Positions 57,757 through 64,000 of a stretch of DNA of 64,000 nucleotides are shown piece by piece. Numbering within the stretch: position 1 is the first letter of the stretch; each line of letters opens with the position of its first letter. This stretch comes from Pyrinomonadaceae bacterium (lineage in GTDB: Bacteria; Acidobacteriota; Blastocatellia; Pyrinomonadales; Pyrinomonadaceae). Location: the NCBI GenBank assembly GCA_035278765.1, contig DATEIS010000441.1, positions 3,288-67,287 of the forward strand, given 5' to 3'. The notes beneath the pieces were generated by a model. It saw only the letters and a program-made list of their open reading frames with translations. It made no database searches and had not been told where the DNA came from. A program made the position numbers and the translations under genes.

Positions 57757-58865
57757 GCGCACGGTCATCCCGGTTACATGCATTGGAACGGGGCCTTAAA
57801 TCGCCGCGTAAGTCACGGGCGAAGGCGCGTGGGTTAAGCGTGATGCGGTTGGAAAGCGGCGCCGCCCCCGTACAATCCGGCGACACACGGCCGGCGCGTT
57901 TGCCCAAAGACATGGAGGATCAAATCGCAATCGTACGCGGTCACGCTGTTGGCAAACCGTCGCGCGGATTACTCGAGCTTGAACAACGGTTGCTACAACC
58001 GCGTGATGCTGGTCCAACCTCGCCGGCGATTCAGCGCCACGATCATAGCGCCACACCGGTCTCCGCCGCTCCGCTGTCGCAGGCACGTGCGCTGTCGGCG
58101 CAGATTGCATCGAGGGAGTTTGGTGGACACTACAACGTGGAGTCGTTTGAAGACACCTCTACAATAACGGCTCCGAGAGTGCCCACGTCCACACCCGAAT
58201 ACAAAGCAGGCACGACACCGGGCACGATCTCCACACCGACAGTGCCTACGGTTCCACCACCCGGAGTTACGCCTTGCGCTGAACCGCATGCCACGATTTC
58301 CCCGAGGGCAGTTCCGGAAACACCGGAACGGACCCGACGAACCTCGCTGGATTCCGATCAGGAAGCCGTTGCCGCTAACTTCGAGCGCGACATTAGTGCG
58401 ATGCTGGGTACGCCGTCCCCGGTGAGCCCACCAGAAAATCAACAATGGGACGACGCGGTGCGCAATGCGACAACCGCACCAACTGCGACACCTGTAACTC
58501 CCGCGATCGCCACGCCGCAACCCGCCGTGGCGCCGAAGCAAGACCAACACGAAGTGTTCAATCAGATGGGCCTGGCGATGAACTATGCGAACAGCTTCGA
58601 CCTCGGCACCATGGATATCTCCGCGCGTTTCGATCGTTTCGACGAGGAACTTGCGCTGGCGCCCAGCCCTACGATGCCAACGTCCGCCGCGTTATCGTCG
58701 CCCCCCCTTCACACTTCAGTGCAAGCTCTAGCGCTGGATGACTTTGATCTCGTAGAGGATTTGGCTGAAATCAGTGCTGCGCAGCCATGCCCTATTAAAG
58801 AAGACACGCCCGCAGCAATTCCGACCCCTGCTAGCCCAGTTACAACCGAGAGGACGCAATCATGA
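57753..58865 (+). CDS. hypothetical 370-aa Pro/Thr/Ala-rich, probably disordered protein (operon gene 9)
   Basis: ATGA overlap at both ends. Compositionally biased throughout, with an acidic amphipathic segment LALDDFDLVEDLAEI near the C-terminus. Confidence 0.6.
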   Translation: MSARSSRLHALERGLKSPRKSRAKARGLSVMRLESGAAPVQSGDTRPARLPKDMEDQIAIVRGHAVGKPSRGLLELEQRLLQPRDAGPTSPAIQRHDHSATPVSAAPLSQARALSAQIASREFGGHYNVESFEDTSTITAPRVPTSTPEYKAGTTPGTISTPTVPTVPPPGVTPCAEPHATISPRAVPETPERTRRTSLDSDQEAVAANFERDISAMLGTPSPVSPPENQQWDDAVRNATTAPTATPVTPAIATPQPAVAPKQDQHEVFNQMGLAMNYANSFDLGTMDISARFDRFDEELALAPSPTMPTSAALSSPPLHTSVQALALDDFDLVEDLAEISAAQPCPIKEDTPAAIPTPASPVTTERTQS

Positions 58866-60697
58866 CAAACCGCCTCGTTGATCTTGAATCCACCATCACT
58901 CGCTCTCACAAAACGAAAGCCGCACACCGGAACGGCAGACGCCCGCCGGTTGCGCGTAAACCGCAAGGCGTGCTGACGCGGGTCGCTACCATGCCACCGC
59001 CGGCGGCACCCTCGCTTTCACCGGCGCCCGCGGTAGCGAAAGGATTGAGTGCGTTGGTTAGCCGGTGGCCGGCGCGTGCTGCTAGCAAAGCCCATGCGTT
59101 CGGAGCGGTCGACTATACGGTTCCGGGACTCTTCAGCCCGCTGGCCCAACCACACTCCATGGCGTGTTGGGCCACCGTCTTTACGATGATGTGGTCATGG
59201 CGCCGGCAGCAATCTTTGGACATCGAGACTTCGCTCGCTGCCCTGGGGCAAAGATGGCTGGATATGTATCGCGCCGATACTGGTTTGCCTGCTGAAGCCA
59301 CAGCGGAGTTCATGACCGCCGCCGGATTGGTGGCTGAACCACCGCGAAGTTATTCGGTTGAGGGATGGGAACAACTGCTGCGCAACTACGGACCAGTGTG
59401 GGTCACGACCGATGAATTGCCGGGCAAGGGTTGGGCCATCCATGCGCGGGTGATCACGGCCATCTCAGGTGACGGCACGGCGGATAACACCTTCTTTACT
59501 ATTGTCGACCCAAATGGCGGACGCACGTATCGAGAATCGATCGCGGTGTTTATACCGAAGTACCAGGAGGAAGTAATTCAATCAGGCTACATGCGCATTC
59601 AGGTGGTCCATTGGACCGCGGATGCGCGAGCAGAAGTACGGGCGCAATCGTTCGGAGGTCGCACGACGCGCGCTTCAGCCGTTCGGGCGAGTTCATTATC
59701 GGCGCCTGGCTCGGCGCCCAGTGTGGCATTCGATTACTCCCAGGCGCTGGCTGCGCATCGCCAGGCGTTGGCGCTAAGCCAGTCGTTCGATGTTCGATAC
59801 AACGTGGAGCTGATTCCGCAGCAAACAGGTTTTTCCTGTTGGGCCGCAGGTTTCGCCATGATTGTCGGTTGGCGTGACCAGGTTAGCATCAACCCTTCGG
59901 AAATCGCGCGCGCCACGGGCTACTGGGCACAATACCAGAGCGGCTTGCATCCCGAGGATACTAGAGTCATGAGCACCTGGGGGTTCGTCGCTGAGCCACC
60001 TCAATCGTACATGATCGAGGCGTTCGTGGATTTGTTGCGGCGTTTCGGACCACTATGGATTGCCAGTGCAGAGCCGGGTCCACACATTCGGGTGATCACG
60101 GGAATTCATGGCGATGGCACTCCGGACGGAACCATACTGCATATCAATGATCCGTGGGAACAGGGCATGACCGTGTTCAACCCCAACAACCGCGGCTCGC
60201 AGTACACCGAGACCTTTACGCAATTCGAGGAGAAACAGGCCACGTTGGTGGGCCAGGAAAGGTCTATCAGAGCACCAATCTACATCGCTCATCTTCCGCA
60301 ACTGCCTGATTGGATGAACACACCCACGGCGCAGAGTTTTTCGCACTACATTGGCCGCCCGCTGGCAATGGAAGCGCCAAGCAATCCGGCGAACTATCGA
60401 CTGCTGACGTCGGGTATCTGGAGCAGTAATACGATGTTAACGGTCCAGGGTGGTCAGGGCATGTGGTTCAAAATTCGTAACACTAACGTGTTGGGCACAA
60501 CCATTCGAATCACAGATCAGGCGAGACAAACCAAGCAATCGATAATTTTGCCGGCGTCGAGTGTGGAATTCTTGTTCGCGATCTTTGGCAACGAACCGAT
60601 GGGGTGGCGCTTTGATATCAGCACAGAGAGCGATGCCTTCATGGTGACGTGGGAGTTGTGGAGCACGTGGGTGCCAGGCATGCCGCCGAACAGATAA
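58862..60697 (+). CDS. tandem papain-like cysteine peptidase (Peptidase_C70 / AvrRpt2-like, C39-like fold) with C-terminal beta-rich domain (operon gene 10)
   Basis: Two repeats, each with Cys (HSMACWATV; TGFSCWAAG), His (WAIHARVIT; GPHIRVITG) and Asp (TIVDPNGG; HINDPWEQG). No signal peptide. Confidence 0.65.
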   Translation: MTNRLVDLESTITRSHKTKAAHRNGRRPPVARKPQGVLTRVATMPPPAAPSLSPAPAVAKGLSALVSRWPARAASKAHAFGAVDYTVPGLFSPLAQPHSMACWATVFTMMWSWRRQQSLDIETSLAALGQRWLDMYRADTGLPAEATAEFMTAAGLVAEPPRSYSVEGWEQLLRNYGPVWVTTDELPGKGWAIHARVITAISGDGTADNTFFTIVDPNGGRTYRESIAVFIPKYQEEVIQSGYMRIQVVHWTADARAEVRAQSFGGRTTRASAVRASSLSAPGSAPSVAFDYSQALAAHRQALALSQSFDVRYNVELIPQQTGFSCWAAGFAMIVGWRDQVSINPSEIARATGYWAQYQSGLHPEDTRVMSTWGFVAEPPQSYMIEAFVDLLRRFGPLWIASAEPGPHIRVITGIHGDGTPDGTILHINDPWEQGMTVFNPNNRGSQYTETFTQFEEKQATLVGQERSIRAPIYIAHLPQLPDWMNTPTAQSFSHYIGRPLAMEAPSNPANYRLLTSGIWSSNTMLTVQGGQGMWFKIRNTNVLGTTIRITDQARQTKQSIILPASSVEFLFAIFGNEPMGWRFDISTESDAFMVTWELWSTWVPGMPPNR

Positions 60698-60773
60698 GTG
60701 TGGGGTCGGTCTGAGGTGTCCTAAAAATTAACGGACGACTCCATCACCTCTGGCGTGCCATCGTAGTGCGAGC

Positions 60774-61295
60774 ATGACGATGAGCGGGAACACGAAACCG
60801 GATCTTAAGGAATTTCTTTTAGCTGATTATCAGTTAAAGGCCAGGTATCTGACTGACCACTTTTCACGAATGTGGACTCGGTTTAACTTCTTCTTGACAA
60901 TAGAATCAGCTCTGCTGGGCATTTCGTTTCACAAAGACTATTCGACGCATTCTGTGTTCATCTCTTTGACAGGATTGGCGTTGAGTGTTGCCTGGTATTA
61001 TTTTGGCATCACAGATAATTACCTTGTCGATGTGTATAGAAAGCAAACCGGGCAAGTATATTATTTGCTCATGAGAATTGCGGAGCCTTCTCTGCCAGGC
61101 ATTACGACTGAGGATCAATTTAGAGTGTTCTCGTATGTAGGTGATGTCAAGAATCAGTATTTCGACTGCGATGAAAAGATAAAAGACATCAAGCGGAATT
61201 TTTTTCAGACAAGGTATGAAAAGTTTAGCGTTACAGAACTTGCTGTAGCGTTTCCTGTGATTTTCTTAATTATTTGGCTAGTCAGAATTAGTTGA
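60774..61295 (+). CDS. small 3-TM membrane protein, hypothetical (SLATT-like architecture?)
   Basis: 173 aa, low-GC gene. N-terminal helix, two adjacent TMs (FNFFLTIESALLGISF; VFISLTGLALSVAWYYFGI), a soluble spacer and a C-terminal TM. Confidence 0.55.
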   Translation: MTMSGNTKPDLKEFLLADYQLKARYLTDHFSRMWTRFNFFLTIESALLGISFHKDYSTHSVFISLTGLALSVAWYYFGITDNYLVDVYRKQTGQVYYLLMRIAEPSLPGITTEDQFRVFSYVGDVKNQYFDCDEKIKDIKRNFFQTRYEKFSVTELAVAFPVIFLIIWLVRIS

Positions 61296-61523
61296 ACATC
61301 CTAATGACCTGGAACTCACACCATCAACCGTCAAAAACCTCAATGCAGCCTCTGATTGATCTATCACTCGTCAACTTTGCTGGCTCAAAGTTTCAGTTTG
61401 GAATCCTCGCTAGAAAAATATTCCACGGTCGCTGCCCCAACAATGCTTTGCAGCTGTCGAGCTTGTCGCTCGCAGGAACGCCGGTACGTTAGGCGTTTAC
61501 GCTGAAGGTCGAAAGGACTACCC

Positions 61524-61940
61524 ATGGACAATGGAAACATGAAATTAAATCGCGAAGTTGTTTTCAATGAGCTTAGCCACCGTCGTACTAAAATTTGGAA
61601 CATCTTTTCTTGGAGCAGCGGAATACTTATTGCAATTACAGGCGGCGTGATAGCTCTCAAGACAGACAATCCTCCAGCGGAGCTATCAAAACTCAGCAAT
61701 ATTATTCTAACTCTAGCTGTGGCAGTCCTCTGCACGTGTGCTTACCTATGGATAGAGCAAAATATGGTTATTGAGAGAAACGCTGAAGAGTTATTGAATG
61801 ATTTTGATAAGAAGTTAGAACTAAAGATTCCACGTGGACCATTTTACTTTGGATATAGACCTGCACTTATTGTTCTTACGCTTGCTGCTTTTGCTGCCAT
61901 CTGGGGGGATAAAATATTGGCAGGCCTAACAGTTCGCTGA
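61524..61940 (+). CDS. small 3-TM membrane protein, hypothetical (same architecture as 60774..61295)
   Basis: 138 aa. TMs: IFSWSSGILIAITGGVIAL, IILTLAVAVLCTCAYLWI and a C-terminal ALIVLTLAAFAAIWG. Confidence 0.5.
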   Translation: MDNGNMKLNREVVFNELSHRRTKIWNIFSWSSGILIAITGGVIALKTDNPPAELSKLSNIILTLAVAVLCTCAYLWIEQNMVIERNAEELLNDFDKKLELKIPRGPFYFGYRPALIVLTLAAFAAIWGDKILAGLTVR

Positions 61941-62323
61941 AGCCGACCGCGAGTCGCAAGGATTGTGGGACTGTCTTTATCCCCAAATCGCTTTAGCGCT
62001 TCGTAAAACTGAGTATCAGTTTGAACGCGTAATGTTGTTCGGTAATTAAAAACAAAGGAGATGAACGCTACCAACGCTGCAATTACACCACCTAACAAGG
62101 TTAATAAAACTGCCGGATTATCATACAAACCCTGCTTAAAACTTTTTGGAGCCGGTGCTGGAGAAGGCTGATTGAGCCTCCTTGTTAATTCACGGTAGAA
62201 CTCTGCTTGAGCCGCTTCACTACTAGCCGGAGAACTATCACTTGATTGCTTGCGATTTTCGTCGGCTTCTTGGGACCATGTATCGGTGAACAGACCCAAA
62301 TTGCTGTAATGGTTAGGCAGCAA
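61844..62323 (-). CDS. hypothetical membrane-anchored protein, possibly a truncated remnant
   Basis: TTG start only. One TM, then TDTQFYEALKRFGDKDSPTI, after which the sequence looks like read-through. Its 3' 97 nt overlap the convergent gene 61524..61940. Confidence 0.3.
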   Translation of the reverse strand: MLPNHYSNLGLFTDTWSQEADENRKQSSDSSPASSEAAQAEFYRELTRRLNQPSPAPAPKSFKQGLYDNPAVLLTLLGGVIAALVAFISFVFNYRTTLRVQTDTQFYEALKRFGDKDSPTILATRGRLQRTVRPANILSPQMAAKAASVRTISAGLYPK

Positions 62324-62649
62324 ACGATGATGCCGATTTTACCCTTTATCTTCATTCCATTCGTTCAAACTGTTAAGTGACTGAAACGCAAGACCATTTA
62401 CTGAGCCAAGCGAACAGATGTTTTACGCGAAGGCGTGCTACTCCGCCGCCTCGATCAACCTTCCAATGGTTCAACCGCGTCCTTTCGACGCTCGCAACGT
62501 GCCCGAACGATCTCAATGCCACTCTGAGCCCGTCACGATCCGCCAAATTTGTTATTTAGAATTTCAGCATGGATGAAGTCATTTGAAAACGGACAGTAAC
62601 GAACAGACTGCGGCGTGATAGAAACGCCAATGTGAATCCTTCGCTGTCA

Positions 62650-63009
62650 CTATGGTTGAGCATTGCCATTCCGGCTGGTTTGTTGTTGGTTTGAACGCAA
62701 CCGTCGTTTCTTTTTTCGATTTGGCCAACGATTTGTATAGCGTGGCTCAGGCGGCTTCTCGTCAGGATTACGGCAAATAGCGTTCGGCGTGATAGGTTTT
62801 CTTTCGTGTAGTTGAGCGCAGCGTAGAACTGGAAACTCGATTCCCTCTACTACGCTTGGCCTGCCGTTTGCCCCACCGGCAAGTGTGCTCCACCAATTCC
62901 TACGCTGCTTGCTGCCGCGTACCACCATTTGCTTCATCGCTTCGTCTATCAGCTCCACAACATCATCATAATTGTTGACGCGGAGCCAGTTCCTACAATT
63001 CGTCGCCAT
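62650..63009 (-). CDS. hypothetical 119-aa basic protein
   Basis: An internal ATG overlaps the stop of the upstream gene by 17 nt. Lys/Arg-rich C-terminus. I recognise no family. Confidence 0.45.
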   Translation of the reverse strand: MATNCRNWLRVNNYDDVVELIDEAMKQMVVRGSKQRRNWWSTLAGGANGRPSVVEGIEFPVLRCAQLHERKPITPNAICRNPDEKPPEPRYTNRWPNRKKKRRLRSNQQQTSRNGNAQP

Positions 63010-63841
63010 CCTCGTCGTCCTCTGAAGCGCCTGAGTCTTCGGCGCGCCAAATTCTAACAATCGGTTTAGGAGCGTTCTCGATCATCCAGATCTCCTGCTC
63101 GCCTTCAACAAGTTCGATCATTCCTTTTATAAACAGTTGATCAAATAAGAATCGTATTGCTTTCAACTGCGGTTCGTTTTTCCACGGAAAAATAAATCTC
63201 GTAACAGCCGTGGTTTCATCAATGAGATATTTGCCACCGCGTTTTGACTGTCCGGCGATTTCATCAAAGCCCATTATGCTCGTAGCGCGAAAGCGTCCAT
63301 CAACGTGATAGATGGAGTAGCCCACGAAGTTCTTTTCGATAAATCGGAGAATCTCTTCCAGATACCCCTCGCCGTCCCTACCTTTCAGGCTGTCAAAATA
63401 CTTTTCAACCTCTCGGTGATCAATTAGCTTCAATTTAGATATTAGAGTGTCTTTGTGGAAGAGAGAGTCAAGCATCATTCTGAGGGAGGACTCGTGTGTG
63501 AGTGGCATTAAAAACTCATAGATGAGCACTTCCGAGGTTATTACCTCATATGTAGAAGCCTGGTTGCGAACTTGTGTGACCAGCGAGCGAAACTTGCGCC
63601 AATCCAAGTACTTCCGAAACGCTTCTGTCACTCTGCACGTAAGGTTTAGGTCCACGCGAAAGGGGGTGCCATCTATCGGTTGAATTAATCCCCGAAACTG
63701 TTTTTGGAAGTAAGTTTTATAGGTTCCCGGCTTCGTCCATCCGGCCGACTCAATAAAATCTTTAAGCAGAAAGGGCTCGCCTGAGAGGAGGTGCTCTCGG
63801 AGAAAATTGAATGCACGACGCTGACTAAGTAAGTTACCCAT
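62993..63841 (-). CDS. hypothetical 282-aa protein with acidic tail
   Basis: Long low-GC ORF ending in SGASEDDEDGDEL. I recognise no family. Confidence 0.6.
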   Translation of the reverse strand: MGNLLSQRRAFNFLREHLLSGEPFLLKDFIESAGWTKPGTYKTYFQKQFRGLIQPIDGTPFRVDLNLTCRVTEAFRKYLDWRKFRSLVTQVRNQASTYEVITSEVLIYEFLMPLTHESSLRMMLDSLFHKDTLISKLKLIDHREVEKYFDSLKGRDGEGYLEEILRFIEKNFVGYSIYHVDGRFRATSIMGFDEIAGQSKRGGKYLIDETTAVTRFIFPWKNEPQLKAIRFLFDQLFIKGMIELVEGEQEIWMIENAPKPIVRIWRAEDSGASEDDEDGDEL

Positions 63842-64000
63842 AAAGGCTGGTTTCCTTTTGGCCGGGAGGGCATGGAATTGGTGATGGAACTTGTGAGCGA
63901 ACGCTACACACTGTACTACGGAAGGTTCCGAATTGCTAAGACTTCAGGCGCGGGGCTACGGTCTCCATTGCAGCTAATTCGGCGGGGGGCGTTGAGTTCT

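Noticed and set aside
62377-62559. 60-aa plus-strand ORF in the 62.3-62.65 kb spacer
   Set aside because: It starts with a rare codon, has no RBS and its translation is featureless. I also saw no integrase or recombinase remnant when translating the opposite strand.
1-64000. CRISPR arrays, rRNA genes, IS elements/transposases, integrases
   Set aside because: I saw no regularly spaced direct repeats, no rRNA-like sequence, and no DDE/tyrosine/serine recombinase-like ORF in any frame of the track.

Overview
This is a 64-kb stretch of a moderately GC-rich bacterial chromosome, roughly 55-60% GC by eye. The gene content (a TIGR03436-like VWA protein, many tandem USPs, heavy sigma-54 usage) suggests Acidobacteriota, but that is inference only. 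I count about 60 protein-coding genes.

Left two-thirds (1-46 kb): energy and stress metabolism.
- a Pat-type GNAT/ADP-forming acyl-CoA synthetase fusion, three universal stress proteins and two PNPOx-like flavoproteins
- a Zn-ADH, a MacAB-like ABC efflux operon, a formate dehydrogenase alpha subunit and an MgtA-type P-type ATPase
- a patatin / DUF374 / FadD-ACP-PlsC lipid module
- a Rieske protein, FNR, PFOR plus a DHOD-like protein, malic enzyme and PfkA

Twelve intergenic matches to the sigma-54 -24/-12 promoter sit correctly oriented in front of these operons.

Several genes are decayed: a Met-gamma-lyase-like gene with an internal deletion, an SGNH hydrolase with at least 3 frame changes, and a truncated paralogue copy. 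A 45-nt tRNA-Ala(CGC) 3' fragment at about 47 kb marks a rearrangement or island scar.

Right third: a sensor-less sigma-54 activator is followed by a sigma-54-promoted, translationally coupled 10-gene operon (49.9-60.7 kb). The operon starts with a subtilase that has no signal peptide and ends with a tandem papain-like (C70/AvrRpt2-type) peptidase. I cannot assign the proteins in between to any family. This is my best candidate for an undescribed system.

The operon is followed by an abrupt low-GC patch (60.7-64 kb) carrying small multi-TM proteins and orphan ORFs. I recognised no rRNA, intact tRNA, CRISPR array or transposase.
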